This document shows, piece after piece, positions 1 through 11,559 of a stretch of DNA of 64,000 nt. Positions within the stretch are counted from its first letter, which is position 1. Every line of letters begins with the position of its first letter. Source of the stretch: an uncultured Acidobacteriota bacterium (GTDB lineage: Bacteria; Acidobacteriota; UBA6911); NCBI GenBank assembly GCA_963827655.1, contig CAWHCF010000026.1, forward strand, positions 274,708-338,707. Reading direction: 5' to 3'. Below the pieces are notes generated by a model. The model did not search any database. It had not been told where the DNA came from and was given only the letters and a program-made list of their open reading frames with translations. A program made the position numbers and the translations under genes.

Positions 1-107
1 GCAGAATTTTACCCGGTTCCTGAAGGGAAAGGAGAAAAAGCAGGATCTTGGCCGCGGTCGGGTGATAACCTTCGGTTATCGAGCCTGAGATATTATTGGA
101 GGCCAAG

Positions 108-422
108 GGCGAAGTAAGCTTCGCCAGGCCCGTAGGGCCGACAGTGCGTAGCTCCGGACCGTTAAGGCCGGGTGGCAGCAAGACCGTAGTCTGAGGGCCG
201 AAGGCCCGGCACTGCGACACAGGATTTGTGCCGGTCCTACGGACCTCCATGTCATCTGCACACGAACCACGCCCTGACGGGCGTGGCTACTCACTGCCGG
301 GCCTTCGGGCCTGGCTACCGGCACCCGAGCTTCTGTGCCTGTGAAATGTCCAAGCTCCATGGCGAAGCAAGCTTCGCCCAACCAGGGCGGTAGCAAGCTC
401 AGCAAGCTACCGCACTCCAGGA
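108..422. repeat. REP/BIME-like palindromic intergenic repeat cluster
   Basis: Contains palindromes GGCGAAG(T/C)AAGCTTCGCC (108-125, 361-378) and GCAAGCTACCGCACTCC (402-418). Segment ~127-360 recurs, diverged, at ~32677-32880. Confidence 0.75.
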
Positions 423-490
423 GCGCCCTTGTGTCGCGGCAGCTTGCTGCCGCGCCCAGGGTTCGCAAAATAAATAAGGTCACGCCAACC

Positions 491-2090
491 ATGACGCAAA
501 ATTCTATTCGCAGGTTGATGATGCTTCCCCTGTTCGCGGCTCTTCTTTTGCTGGCTTACTGGAGCCTGGGTCTGGACCGGCTGGAAGGGCGCATCCTGGA
601 TGACAAGACTGGCGAGTCCGTCGCAGCAACGCTGGTGCTTGCTGATGGAGAAGGAAAGCCGCTCGAAATCGAAGGCAGACATTCCCACGTCGAGTACCTG
701 GGCAAACGCAGATGCTACGTAGACGGGACCTTCGTATTGAACTCGCGCCCCCGTCGTCTCGTGGTCGAGCTGAGGCGTGGTCTCGAAATCCTCCCGCTCA
801 AGACCGAGGTCGATCTGACCCAGCCCGGCAGCGAGCCCTTGACTTTCCGCCTGCGGCGCTGGGTGGATATGCGTGAGCTGGGCTATCTGAGCGGCGACAC
901 CCATGTCCATCTCCTGTCGCAATCCGAGTCGCATTTGCAAATGCGAGGCGAGGATCTGAATGTTTTGAACCTGCTGGTCAGTGACTTTACGCGTGACCGA
1001 GAGAAGTTCACCGGCAAACTCGATGCGGTCTCGACTCCTGGTCATGCCGTATTCGTGGGTCAGGAGGCTCGAGACTGGCAACAGGGACACGTTGCTTTGC
1101 TGCGCATTAATCGAATTGTCGAGCCCTTCGAGCCGTTTGGAGGGACGTTTCAGGGGCGAAGTGAGCCCAATCTCGTGCTGGCAAGAATTCTCAGGGAAGC
1201 GCACCGGCAAGGAGGCGTTGCCACCTGGGCCCATTTCTGCAATTTGCCGGGGGCTGAGTCTCCTATCGACATTGCTCTCGGGTTGGTCGATGCCATTGAT
1301 CTGATTACCTATGACGACCCGACTCAACTTCCCAGTCACTGGGGCCCCTGGAAGAACTCCGGGATGTCTCAAGCCGAGTTCACCGTCATGCGCTCCATGG
1401 ATCTCTACTATCAGTATCTCAACTCCGGCTTTCGAGTTCCGATTGCCGCGGGCACGGACAAGATGGGCGATGATATTCCGGTGGGGAGCAATCGACTCTA
1501 TGCGCGCCCTGTGGGCGAGCCGAACTACGAGGGGTGGCTGGCAGGGCTCAAAGCAGGAAATGGCTTCGTCACCAATGGCCCGATGCTGACCTTCGACGTG
1601 GAAGGTCACACCTCCGGCGAGGTCGTTGAATTCACCGGGAGACGCAAAGTCAGGGCGCGAGCGACGGCCAGGTCCATTCTGCCTTTTGGAAGTCTTGAAA
1701 TTGTGGTGAATGGAGAAACCGCGGCAATCAGGCGCATGCCCAATCGAAACCGTCCCGGCGCCGGATGGCCTGTACACGTTGGAGCTGGAGGGAACGTTCG
1801 ACCTCGATCGAAGCAGCTGGCTCGCCGCGCGAGTGGCTGAAGATCCCGCCAGCAAGAGCCGTATGCTGCCTCGGGGTCTGACCGTATTCGCTCACGCCAA
1901 TCCGATCTATTTTCTGCGGAGCGGGGCCAAAGTCCGGGAACTATCTTCTATCCGTTATTTGCAAAAGTACCTCAGAGGAAGCGTCCACTGGCTGAACACA
2001 GGAGCTCGCTTTGCCACCTCGGCCGAAAAGGAAGAGGCGCTACGCCTGGCCGATCAGGCGCGCCGCCTCTATGCTGAGCTGGAAAAATGA
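491..2090 (+). CDS. CehA/McbA-like PHP-fold metallohydrolase, secreted or membrane-anchored; frameshift near 1750
   Basis: N-terminal hydrophobic segment, then GDTHVH, WAHF, AGTD and GFVTNGP motifs. The C-terminus (SSWLAARV...FAHANPIY) continues in ORF 1710..2090. Confidence 0.7.
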
Positions 2091-2107
2091 AGGCATTGAT
2101 CGGCGCA

Positions 2108-2390
2108 GTGCGGTAGCTCGTGAGACCTGTGCACGCATCTTGTGTTAGGTCCAGAACGGGCGGTCAGGCGCAAGCCCGCGCCCTGAAGGGCGACGGAAAT
2201 TAGTCGAGGTCAAGCGACGAGCGCTGCCCGACGGTGCGCACACAGGCTATTGAACCGCGGCCCTGCAGGGGCGCTGGATGCGACTGTCCATGACCTGCGC
2301 CCTGACAGGGCGCATGGACTATTCAATGCCCGAGCTGCGCTTCGCTTGCCTGGGCTAATTCCGTCGCCACGCTCCGTGGGCTGCAATCTC
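2108..2390. repeat. REP/MITE-like composite repeat
   Basis: Shares GTGCGGTAGC, CACGCATCTTGT and CTGCGCTTCGCT...GGGCTAAT blocks with 14750-15020 and 55245-55385. Confidence 0.6.
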
Positions 2391-2452
2391 TCGAGAGCAT
2401 CGGATGCAGTGTCAAGGTTCAATGCAAGCACGCGCACTCCAACGAGCCTGTA

Positions 2453-3238
2453 TCACGCGCGCGCGGTCAGGCCGGCGCGGATGCCGGCGATTCCCTGGCG
2501 CAGCCCCTGCTGGTAGATCCAGATGTCGCCCCAGTAGGCCAGGCAACGGAAGCCCCTCTGGACCAGCGCGCGCCCGTCTTCCACGCTCGATGTCATGAAG
2601 CCCGCGGCCTTGCCGTTCTTCCGGCAGGCTGCCAACACCCGGTCCACCGCCGCCTGGTAAGCCGGGTGCGCGAACTGGGCCGGAATCCCCATCGAGTTGG
2701 TGAGGTCGAAGTGGCCGATCCAGAGCACATCGATGCCATCGAGCGCAGCGATGCTCTCGACATTCTCGATTCCCCGCGCAGTTTCAATCAAGGCGATGAG
2801 CATGGTCTCGGCGTTGGCGCTTTCCATCTTCCCCTGCACGTCGCCTTCGCTATAGTCGTCGTGCGCGACGTGAAACGACGCTCCGCGGCGGCCTGCCGGA
2901 GGGTACTTCGCCGATTCGACGATCATTCGCGCCTGTTCGACGCTCTCGACCATGGGCACCATCAACCCCATGGCGCCCACGTCGAGCGCGTGCGCCAGGA
3001 AATGATAGTGCGTCACCGGTACCCGGACCATCGGAACCAGATCGGCCGCTCGCGATGTCGCCATGAGGGAGCGCACGGTTTCAAGGGACCAGCCGGTATG
3101 CTCCATGTCGAAGAGCACAAAATCCGCCCCGGCGCCGGCCGCGATCCGGGCGATGCCCGTCGTGTTGAACTCGAACACCATCGTGCCTAGCGCCACGCCC
3201 CCCTGGCGCAGAGCCCGTTTCACTTTGTTTTCTCTCAT
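2453..3238 (-). CDS. HpcH/HpaI family class II aldolase
   Basis: DMEH, VRVP, LDVGAMGLMVPMV, YPPAGRRG, IET and GHFDL motifs. Confidence 0.9.
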   Translation of the reverse strand: MRENKVKRALRQGGVALGTMVFEFNTTGIARIAAGAGADFVLFDMEHTGWSLETVRSLMATSRAADLVPMVRVPVTHYHFLAHALDVGAMGLMVPMVESVEQARMIVESAKYPPAGRRGASFHVAHDDYSEGDVQGKMESANAETMLIALIETARGIENVESIAALDGIDVLWIGHFDLTNSMGIPAQFAHPAYQAAVDRVLAACRKNGKAAGFMTSSVEDGRALVQRGFRCLAYWGDIWIYQQGLRQGIAGIRAGLTARA

Positions 3239-3244
3239 GCGCCT

Positions 3245-4279
3245 CTACCTCCGCGCTCCGAGTTCCCGGAGCCTCTGATCGAGTCGTGGGTCCTGCAGAA
3301 CCTCGCGATTCACGACATCGCGCGGGGTCCGCCCGGATGCAACATCGAGAATCGCGCTGCAAGCGCTCTGGCCGATTCTGCGAAGACACTCGTCAGTCCA
3401 GCAGAGCGCATGCGGGCTCACGATGACCCGGTCCAGCTTCAGGATCGGATCTGCGGGGTCGATCGGCTCGGTCTCAAAGACATCGAGACCTGCCCCCTGG
3501 ATCCGGCCGTCGGCGAGCGCGCGTGTCAGCGCCTTCTGGTCAACGATCGGCCCCCGTGCCATGTTGACCAGGTATGCCGTAGGCTTCATCAGGGCGATCT
3601 TCTCCTCATCGATCAAGTGCCGGGTTTTGGGCGTCAGCGCGCAGAGGATGCAGACGAAATCCGCCTCGCGCATCAGCGACTCCAGGTCGACCAGTTCGAC
3701 CCCGATGGCGGCGAGAGACTCGGCGCTCACGTACGGATCGTAGACGATCTGACGCATCTCTAGCGGGCGAGCCAGGGCGAGAAGCTCGCGGCCTATGTTG
3801 CCCGCCCCCACCACGCCGAGTGTCCGTCCCGTCAGTCCCATCCCCATGTGATCGAGCTTCTCGGCCCATCGGCCGGCTCGTGTCAGGCGGTCCTTGATCA
3901 GCAGCTTGTGGCTGAGCGCCAGGATCAGCGTCAGAGCGGCTGCCGCCACCGGCCGCCGCACGCCGTCGGGAGCAATCGTGAGGATTGTGACATTGCGGGT
4001 GCAGGCTTCGACATCAACCGTGTCATAGCCCACACCGAAGCGGGCTATGATTGCCAGGCGGCCCGCCTCCGCCAGTGTGGCCGCGGTCACTCGCGGAGCC
4101 AGCACCAGAAGCGCATCGTAGTCCCGAACCTGATCGCTTCGAAGCTCGCGGCTGTTCTCGGCCAGGAACTCATACTCCACATCGGGATTCTCATGGAACA
4201 GACTGAGGCCAATGTCACCGAAGCTGAGGGTGCCATCGGGCCTGAGGAAGTCGCGCGTGATACCGATCCGGAATGTCAT
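3245..4279 (-). CDS. D-isomer-specific 2-hydroxyacid dehydrogenase
   Basis: GVGYD, GAGNIG, NMARGPIVD, LDVFETEP and SPH motifs. Confidence 0.92.
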   Translation of the reverse strand: MTFRIGITRDFLRPDGTLSFGDIGLSLFHENPDVEYEFLAENSRELRSDQVRDYDALLVLAPRVTAATLAEAGRLAIIARFGVGYDTVDVEACTRNVTILTIAPDGVRRPVAAAALTLILALSHKLLIKDRLTRAGRWAEKLDHMGMGLTGRTLGVVGAGNIGRELLALARPLEMRQIVYDPYVSAESLAAIGVELVDLESLMREADFVCILCALTPKTRHLIDEEKIALMKPTAYLVNMARGPIVDQKALTRALADGRIQGAGLDVFETEPIDPADPILKLDRVIVSPHALCWTDECLRRIGQSACSAILDVASGRTPRDVVNREVLQDPRLDQRLRELGARR

Positions 4280-4280
4280 A

Positions 4281-5993
4281 CTACTTCCGATACACCACCT
4301 GGCCGCCGACCATGGTGTAGAGCACCTCGGTGGCGGGAATCTCGTCTTCAGCCACGCTCATGATGTCCTTGGAAAGCACGGTGATATCCGCCACCTTGCC
4401 CGGACTCAAAGAACCCTTGATGTCTTCTTCGAAGGCGGCGTAGGCGGCATTGAGCGTGTATGATCGGAGCGCTTCTTCCCGGCTCATTCGCTGGCTGGGA
4501 AAGAAGACGGAGCCGTTGTTCAGTTTTCGCGAGACCGAAGCATGAAAGCTGGCAATCGGACTCACGTCTTCGACCGGCGCGTCGGTGCCGTTGACGACCA
4601 CGGCGCCCGATTTCATCAACTTCTGCCAGACATAAGCGCCTTCCTTCGCCCGGTTTTCTCCCAGCCGGGCCAGAACGTAAGGGGCATCCGAGGTGCAGTG
4701 AATGCCCTGCATCGAGGCGATAACATTCAATTGTCCGAACCGGGCAATATCCGCGGCGGCCAGGTGCTGGGCATGTTCGACGCGCCAGCGCAGGTCCTTC
4801 TTTTCGGGGTGCGACTTGAAGGTTCTTTCGAATACATCCAGCGTTTCCCGGTTGGCCCGGTCTCCGATCGCATGGACGCATAGCTGGAATCCGTTCTCGA
4901 CCGCAAGCCGCGCAGTTTCGGCGAGCTCTCCAACCGGAGTGGTGTTCAGCCCGGTGCTCGAAGGGAGGTCGGAGTATGGTTCAAGCAGCCACGCGCCGCG
5001 CGGACCCAGCGCTCCGTCAATCGATTTCTTGATGGCGCGCACGGTCAGGCGCTTGCCTGCAGAGTTGATCCACCGATACTTGGGGAGATTCTGCGCCAGG
5101 CTTGCGTTGGTTTCTCGCACCATGACCCAGAGTCTCAAGCCGAGCTTGCCTTCCTCAGCCAGCTCCTTGAGCAGGTCGATCGTGGCAAAGGAAGAGCCTG
5201 CGTCCTGGAAACTCGTGACGCCTTGCGCAAGGCACTCCTGGATTGCCAGCTCTATTTCCTTGCGCGCCTGGGCTTGAATCTGCTCGGGAGAACGCCGGCT
5301 GCGCGCCTGGGCCAGGGCTTTGCTGACCAGCCCCGCCGCCGTCTCGCGCAAAACTCCCGTGGGCCTGCCCTGCGTGTCCCGGAGAATCTCGCCCCCTGGC
5401 GGATTGGGAGTGTTTTTGTCGATGCCGGCGAGCGCCAGGGCGCGCGCATTGGCGAAGGCGGCGTGGCCGCTGGCGTGAGTGAGTAGAACCGGATTGTTGG
5501 GAGAGACCTTCGAGATGGACTCTTGGGTCGGAAAGCCTTCCACGTTGGGCGCCGGTTTCTTATCCCATTTCTCCTGGTGCCAGCCTCGCCCGAGGATCCA
5601 GTCGCCCGGTTGTGCTCGCGTCACGGATTCGGCGACCATCGAGACCACCTGATCCCAGTTCTTGACCGTCATCAGATTGAGGCTCATCCTGGCCGAACCA
5701 AGGCCGGTCAGGTGGCCGTGCCCTTCAATGAAGCCCGGAATAGCCAGTTTTCCAGCCAGATCGATGACCTGCGTCGACTTCCCGATGTGCTGCTGCACTT
5801 CCTGATTGCTGCCGACTGCAAGGATAGTGTCCCCTCGAATCGCCAGCGCCTCGGCGGACGGTTTGGTCCGATCCATGGTGACGATCTTGCCATTTCGCAA
5901 GACCGTGTCGGCCGGCTGCGCGCGAGCATTCGCCCACGCCAGGACCATCAGAAGCGCAAGGAGCATGGATCGATGACGAGCCCGATTGAGCAT
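4281..5993 (-). CDS. Amidohydrolase-3 (YtcJ-like) with signal peptide
   Basis: PGFIEGHGH, HAIGDRA, RVEHAQ and GTDAPV motifs. Start moved to ATG 5993 because the longer ORF overlaps the next gene. Confidence 0.88.
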   Translation of the reverse strand: MLNRARHRSMLLALLMVLAWANARAQPADTVLRNGKIVTMDRTKPSAEALAIRGDTILAVGSNQEVQQHIGKSTQVIDLAGKLAIPGFIEGHGHLTGLGSARMSLNLMTVKNWDQVVSMVAESVTRAQPGDWILGRGWHQEKWDKKPAPNVEGFPTQESISKVSPNNPVLLTHASGHAAFANARALALAGIDKNTPNPPGGEILRDTQGRPTGVLRETAAGLVSKALAQARSRRSPEQIQAQARKEIELAIQECLAQGVTSFQDAGSSFATIDLLKELAEEGKLGLRLWVMVRETNASLAQNLPKYRWINSAGKRLTVRAIKKSIDGALGPRGAWLLEPYSDLPSSTGLNTTPVGELAETARLAVENGFQLCVHAIGDRANRETLDVFERTFKSHPEKKDLRWRVEHAQHLAAADIARFGQLNVIASMQGIHCTSDAPYVLARLGENRAKEGAYVWQKLMKSGAVVVNGTDAPVEDVSPIASFHASVSRKLNNGSVFFPSQRMSREEALRSYTLNAAYAAFEEDIKGSLSPGKVADITVLSKDIMSVAEDEIPATEVLYTMVGGQVVYRK

Positions 5994-6055
5994 TTGTGGA
6001 ATCACGATTGGAGTCTTTGCGCCTTGGCGGTGGCTTCTGGGTTCGCGGCCGCCAC

Positions 6056-7513
6056 TCAGGCCGGCACGGCGCCGAGACCTGGGCCTGTGAGAGTGCTGGT
6101 TTGCAACGTGCCTTCTTTGATGCGAAAGATTCCAGGGAATCTTGCTTCCCAGGGCTGATTCGCGGCGGGCACGTACTGCCGCGCATTGGCCTCTATCCCC
6201 GAAGAGCCCGGCACGTGAGCCGCGAGACCGGCCGAGTGGATCAGCGCCGCGCCCGGACAGGTGAGATCCTGAACGCAGAGAAACATCTTGTGCTTCTGCG
6301 CCGCCGCGCCCATCAGCAGCGCCTGGCTCTGTCCCTTGCACGCCTTGAGCGCCGCGCCCGTGTAGCCCATCTCTCTTGCCAGCATCAGGCTTTCCAGGTC
6401 GGTCAGCGACTCGTCGATTACCACCGGGCGCAGCTGTGAGGCCTGGTGCATCACGTTCGACCGATTCGCCTTCAGGTCTCGCGCAGTGGGCTGTTCGACA
6501 TACTGAATGCGATAGAATCCCTTTTCAGTCTGTTCTTTCACCTTCCGGAGGAATTCGAGGACGAAGGCGACATTCGGACAATTCTCGTTGAAGTCGAGGC
6601 AGTAGAACCACTCGTCTACGCCGCGTTTCTTCTGAGTTTCGGCCGTTACGCGATCGATTCGGACGGTGCGGTCGATGTCTCCCGCCAGATCCTCGCCGTT
6701 CAACTTGATCTTGACGCGAATCAGACCGTTGTACTGAATCCAGTCCGGCAGCGTTTCAGGAAGGCCGTCGTTGAGGCGGTGCTTGAGGTCGGCGTCCGTT
6801 ATCGCGTCTCCAGCTCCTACCGAATGGAACAGCGGCGTGCGCGGCGCCGGTTGCCGCTTCACGTACTGTTCCAGGTACTCTCCGGCGAAGTCGCGCCCGA
6901 GATAACGGGAGAGATCGTAATTGAAGAAGTCAGGGCCGTAGGTGGAATAGCAATTCAGGCCATGGAGTTTGCCGAACGCATCGTGGATGGCGGCATCGAA
7001 CGGACTGGCGGTCACCTGGGTACAGAGTTTGGGAATCGGCGCAGCCAGCTTCAATTGTCTGGAAACTTCTTCGGCGGCCTTGAGGTATTCCGGTTCCAGC
7101 TCGCTGTTTATTTCTACCGGATGCCCCCATATTTTGCCGGCGGCCGTAATTTTCGAGACCCGGTCCGCCAGGACTTTCATCGCCCCGAGCGTCGTGTCGT
7201 ACGACATGGTTTTCGAGGGAAAAGCCCAGACGTTGCCGAGCGGCATGGCTGCGAATCCCTTTGCCACGCGGCCATTCCTGGCATGAACTGTGCAGCGGAC
7301 ATTCAGGATCGTGGCGCGATCGACTGTTCTGCCGCCGAACTGGTAGGGCGCGCGGTATCGGAACTCATCGTACTGGTACGAGACGTCATCGATGATGATG
7401 TCAGTGGGCTTCGAGGAGCGCATGGCGAAACTGAACGGTCCTGCGCTCCTCAAACAGACGATGGGCGAAACGACGGCGGCCTGTATGAGACGTCGCCGAG
7501 TCCACTTGGTCAT
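6056..7513 (-). CDS. Enolase/mandelate racemase superfamily protein with Tat-like leader
   Basis: TRRRLI leader, KIK catalytic motif, and metal ligands DFNE, EQP, DES. Confidence 0.8.
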   Translation of the reverse strand: MTKWTRRRLIQAAVVSPIVCLRSAGPFSFAMRSSKPTDIIIDDVSYQYDEFRYRAPYQFGGRTVDRATILNVRCTVHARNGRVAKGFAAMPLGNVWAFPSKTMSYDTTLGAMKVLADRVSKITAAGKIWGHPVEINSELEPEYLKAAEEVSRQLKLAAPIPKLCTQVTASPFDAAIHDAFGKLHGLNCYSTYGPDFFNYDLSRYLGRDFAGEYLEQYVKRQPAPRTPLFHSVGAGDAITDADLKHRLNDGLPETLPDWIQYNGLIRVKIKLNGEDLAGDIDRTVRIDRVTAETQKKRGVDEWFYCLDFNENCPNVAFVLEFLRKVKEQTEKGFYRIQYVEQPTARDLKANRSNVMHQASQLRPVVIDESLTDLESLMLAREMGYTGAALKACKGQSQALLMGAAAQKHKMFLCVQDLTCPGAALIHSAGLAAHVPGSSGIEANARQYVPAANQPWEARFPGIFRIKEGTLQTSTLTGPGLGAVPA

Positions 7514-7561
7514 GGTCGATTCGTCAAGTTTTTGCGTCTTCGCGTCTCAGCGGTAAGAGCG

Positions 7562-8902
7562 CTAAACCTTATCAGGGACGACGTAGGGCGCGCGATAGCG
7601 GCGCGACAGATAACTGTCGGCTTGCTGATCGCCCACGAAACACTCGGTGTTGGGATCGAACACCAGCTGTCGCTTCAATCGATGCGCGATGTTGGACAGA
7701 TGGCAGAATACCGTCGAGCGATGCCCTTCCTCGATGTCGGCATTCAGATCCGATAGTTTTCGTGACCGCATGGCGTCCGTGAAGTTCTTGAAGTGTGGCG
7801 AATCCCCGGTCCCCTTGAGGTTCATAGGATCGGCCGCCCCCTCCTTCGATTCCATGCTCGGTCCTGGCTGATTCTTGCGTCCAAGGTAGGTCCGCCAGGT
7901 TGATCCGTTCAGGTGCATCCAGCCCTTGGATCCGTAGAACAGGTTTCCGATCGTGATCCCGTCTTCGGCATTGGTGTAGAGTCCGCGCACCTCAAACTGG
8001 AGAATCTTGCCGTCGGCAAATTCGAGGGTTGCCATTTGAGTATTCGGTGTCTCCTGATCGCAATCGAAGACGAAGTAACCCCCGGCGCAGTGAATCTTGG
8101 CCGGGTAGTCGTGCTTGTTCATTCCCCATCGAGCGATATCCATCTGGTGCGGCCCCTGATTCCCCAGGTCGGTGCAGCCATAGTCCCAGAACCAGTGCCA
8201 GTTGTAATGGAACCGATTCTCGTTAAAAGGACGATAGGGCGCCGGGCCCAGCCACAGATCGTAATTCACCCCTTCCGGAACAGGGCCGTTTTGCTTTCTT
8301 CCGATGCTCTCTCTCGCTTTGAAGCAGAGCCCCTTGGCCATGTAGATGTCGCCGATCCCGCCTTCATGGAGAAACTTGATGGCTGCCCGAACGTTGGCAT
8401 TGCTTCTATTCTGCATGCCCGCCTGCACGATCCGGTTATGCTTGCGCGCCGCTTCCACCATCTTTCTTCCTTCCCAGATGTTGTGCGACGTCGGCTTCTC
8501 CACGTAAACATCCTTGCCTGCCTGGCACCCCCAGATGGTGGCCAGGGCGTGCCAGTGATCCGGAGTGGCGATTGAGATCGCGTCGACTTCTTTGTCGTCG
8601 AGCACCCGGCGAAGATCAGTTTCGGTCTTCGGCTTCTTCGGTGAAAGTTTTTCCATGTTCGAGAGCGCCTTGGGAAACTCGCGCTCGTCGATGTCGCACA
8701 GGTAGCTGACTTCCACGTTGGGGATCTTGGCCCATTCGCTGTAGTGGGACTCCCCGCGTCCGCGGATTCCTATGACGGCAATGTGGATCGTATCGTTGGG
8801 ACTGTTGTTGGCGGACGACCTTCTGACCACGGGACCGGCCGCGAGAGCGGCTGCCACGCTCCCGGTATTCCTCAAGAAGTTTCGGCGATTTATCGATTTC
8901 AT
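7562..8902 (-). CDS. Gfo/Idh/MocA family oxidoreductase, Tat signal
   Basis: NRRNFL leader, GIRGRG, ATPDHWH, YVEKP. Confidence 0.92.
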   Translation of the reverse strand: MKSINRRNFLRNTGSVAAALAAGPVVRRSSANNSPNDTIHIAVIGIRGRGESHYSEWAKIPNVEVSYLCDIDEREFPKALSNMEKLSPKKPKTETDLRRVLDDKEVDAISIATPDHWHALATIWGCQAGKDVYVEKPTSHNIWEGRKMVEAARKHNRIVQAGMQNRSNANVRAAIKFLHEGGIGDIYMAKGLCFKARESIGRKQNGPVPEGVNYDLWLGPAPYRPFNENRFHYNWHWFWDYGCTDLGNQGPHQMDIARWGMNKHDYPAKIHCAGGYFVFDCDQETPNTQMATLEFADGKILQFEVRGLYTNAEDGITIGNLFYGSKGWMHLNGSTWRTYLGRKNQPGPSMESKEGAADPMNLKGTGDSPHFKNFTDAMRSRKLSDLNADIEEGHRSTVFCHLSNIAHRLKRQLVFDPNTECFVGDQQADSYLSRRYRAPYVVPDKV

Positions 8903-8977
8903 CTTCGTTTCCTTCCTCCTCCTCTGCTCTAAGAGGTAAAACGCCTGCCTGGGCGGATATCGCTCTGAAGTCTGACT

Positions 8978-9006
8978 ATTATAGTCCTAGGGCGCAAAAA
9001 TGACAG
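8978..9006 (-). promoter_or_regulatory. Possible sigma70 promoter of the 8902-2453 gene run
   Basis: Minus strand reads CTGTCA-17 bp-TATAAT, about 75 nt upstream of the start. Confidence 0.4.
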
Positions 9007-9153
9007 TGCTTTTCCTATTCTCACACCTGCGAGACGCGGATCTCGAACAACCGCGCCGACCACGGGCACGTTCCATACGCCGTACGGGAATGCGGTTTCC
9101 CCACGAGGGCGAAGCAAGCTTCGGCACCAGGCGGATCAAGTTGCCTCGATCGC

Positions 9154-9939
9154 TCAGCGGCCGAGGATGGCCACGATTCTTAACGGCCCGCCGCTTCCAC
9201 CCTGGATTTTCATGGGCAGGGCGATAACCTGGAAGCCTTTCTCAGGCAGCTCCTCCAGGCGGGCGACATTCTCAAAGGCCGGAATGCCCGCTTTAAACAG
9301 AATCTGATGGCTTTCGTATAACCGGGACTGACCCCGATCGATGCTCGGGGTATCGAGCCCGATCGCTGCTATCTTGCGATTCTCGACCAGCCATTTTGCG
9401 CCCGCAGGATCCAGGCCCGGAAAGTGCAGTTCCGCTACAGCCTCGCGGCCGCGCCGGTCGGTTCCCAGGTACTTCTTGCGATCGGGATAGAACTTCCCCC
9501 ATCCGGTTCGGAGTAGCACGATCGTATGGTCCGGGATGCGACCGTTCTTCTTCTCCCAATGGGTCAGGTCCTGAACCGATACAAGATAGTCCCGATCGTT
9601 CGCGGCGCGAGCCTGCACGTCGACTACAATTCCGGGTGCGATCAGCCGTTCCAGCGCAATCTGATCCACTGTCGCCATGCCCTGAGCGAAGTGAACCGGC
9701 GCATCGATGTGGGTTCCTCCGTGTTCCGCGGCGCAGAAGCTGTTGGCCGCGTAGTAGTAGCCTTTTTCGGTCAACCCCGCAGCCTCGACCTTCAGTCGAA
9801 ATCCTTCTTCGGTCGGCCAGTAGATCGTCTGCTCCGAGAATGAGTGAGTGAGGTCAATGAGCTTAGGGGATGGTGTTTGAGCCATTCCGAAGCAGGCAGG
9901 CAGGAACAGCCAGGAAAAGGTCAGGAGATGGTTTTTCAT
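9154..9939 (-). CDS. Cyclase / kynurenine formamidase-like metal hydrolase with signal peptide
   Basis: HGGTHIDAPVH, LLRTGW, GLDTPSID and GGSGGPLR motifs. Confidence 0.88.
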   Translation of the reverse strand: MKNHLLTFSWLFLPACFGMAQTPSPKLIDLTHSFSEQTIYWPTEEGFRLKVEAAGLTEKGYYYAANSFCAAEHGGTHIDAPVHFAQGMATVDQIALERLIAPGIVVDVQARAANDRDYLVSVQDLTHWEKKNGRIPDHTIVLLRTGWGKFYPDRKKYLGTDRRGREAVAELHFPGLDPAGAKWLVENRKIAAIGLDTPSIDRGQSRLYESHQILFKAGIPAFENVARLEELPEKGFQVIALPMKIQGGSGGPLRIVAILGR

Positions 9940-10213
9940 AGGCAATCCCAAGGGCTCGCGCAGAAATAACTTCACATTCTGGCGCGAGAGTCGGTGGTCA
10001 ATCATGAATCGGTTTCTGTTAGTTAAGCACGGCGAGGATCGCGCCCCTTCGGGCTGCGGCCCGCAGGCCCGCTGGCTTTGTTGCTCGCTCCTCACGTACC
10101 GCACCGGGTACGCATCGTCGCTCGCGCCTCGCCAGCGGGCCTGGGGGCCTGCAGCAGAATGCGAACTTATTTCTGCGCGAACCCTAACAGGCCGTCGGGC
10201 CGAGCGTTCCTGA

Positions 10214-11101
10214 TCATACGGCGAGGGCGCGAATCACGGCCGGCTCGGTTTCTCCGGGTTTGCGCTTCACCGTCCAGTTGCCGCGAACCAGCATCGCCAC
10301 GACAACCAGGTTGACAAGCGCCACGAGGATGCCTGATTCGCCGACCCAGACGGACTTCCCCTGGGTAGAGGCGTCGAACACACCCTGGATGATGGCATTC
10401 CACGCAGCATGCACAAGGGTAGCCGGCCAGACGCTACCCGACTCGAGCCGGAGGCGGGCCGCCAGGTAGGCGAAAACGGTGATGTTCAAGAGAAAGATGC
10501 AGGCAGACAGAGCCGGGTAGGGTCCCGACGCGTACTGCCCGCTCAGTATGAGCGGCAGATGCCACAGCCCCCAGATCAGGCCGCTCGCCAGAACCGGCCG
10601 GGGAATCTTTGCGTCGATCAGCCGCGTCAACATGTATCCCCGCCAGCCGATCTCTTCTCCCGCAGCGAACAGCGTCCCGAAGACAGTAGCAAGGCTGAAA
10701 GTGAGGGCGAGTAGCACTCCGAACCGGGTTAAAGGAGGCGCGAGCTGCAGGTTGAATGGTTCCAGGAGTGGCGGTGAGAAGACGGATAGACCGGCAAGCC
10801 AGGCGAATCCGTAGGACGGTCCCCCTACGGCCAGCGGATAAATCCAGGCAACCAGAAGGGCCTTGGCGCCTTTGACTCCGCCAAACCGGAACGACACATC
10901 TCGAATGCCTTCGCGCAGCAAAATTCGCGCGATGAATGAAGCGAGTGCAGGCACCCACATCAGCGCGAATACGAGTCCGAGATGCTTTTCGATCGGGTCC
11001 CCGGTCCTCAGAAGCAGCCATTCCAGTAACGCGGATGCTGGAACAAGCACCGAAAAATAGATCGCAAGCCCCTGCCGGGCGCGCTGGACACTCTGGCTCA
11101 T
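10214..11101 (-). CDS. CPBP (Abi/CAAX) intramembrane protease
   Basis: GEEIGWRG, WGLWHLP, HAAWN; multiple transmembrane segments. Confidence 0.9.
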   Translation of the reverse strand: MSQSVQRARQGLAIYFSVLVPASALLEWLLLRTGDPIEKHLGLVFALMWVPALASFIARILLREGIRDVSFRFGGVKGAKALLVAWIYPLAVGGPSYGFAWLAGLSVFSPPLLEPFNLQLAPPLTRFGVLLALTFSLATVFGTLFAAGEEIGWRGYMLTRLIDAKIPRPVLASGLIWGLWHLPLILSGQYASGPYPALSACIFLLNITVFAYLAARLRLESGSVWPATLVHAAWNAIIQGVFDASTQGKSVWVGESGILVALVNLVVVAMLVRGNWTVKRKPGETEPAVIRALAV

Positions 11102-11218
11102 GAAACTCTCGACCACGAATCTTACGACAAATTTTTATCGGCGTCTTGGTGTCTTAGTGCGGTTTCATGAATACGGCAAAAGTGCCTGTAGGGGAAGACG
11201 TAGGCTAGGCGAAGCGGG

Positions 11219-11265
11219 AATGGGGGAGAGAAAGAGAGTCGAACGGTTTGAGGATCTGATTGGGT
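11219..11265 (+). pseudogene. N-terminal remnant of a four-helix-bundle protein gene
   Basis: Translates MGERKRVERFEDLI, resembling the xERFEDL start of this family, then runs into repeat DNA. Confidence 0.4.
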
Positions 11266-11559
11266 CTGTGGACGCGGATCAGAGGCTGTCGCAAAACCCC
11301 GTCCATGTGCGGACGGGCTATCAAGCCCGTCTTCGGCCCTGGAGGGGCATTCCTGAACTTTTAAGGTAGGCATAGCGATTACGTAACTTGCGACGGGCCC
11401 AATGGCCCGTCGCCACAGCGTGCTCGGAAAGTGTCACGCGTACTTGGAGACGGCGGACTTACGAGCTAGGCGGAATGAAGTTTCGACGGGCGGCGCTTCG
11501 AGTGCGCCTGATCCGGCCTGTCGCGTGTTGGTCGCGGGGTTATTGCAGCGTGATCGGGT

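Noticed and set aside
5994-6341. N-terminal extension of the amidohydrolase ORF
   Set aside because: Overlaps the enolase-family gene; the signal peptide begins near 5993.
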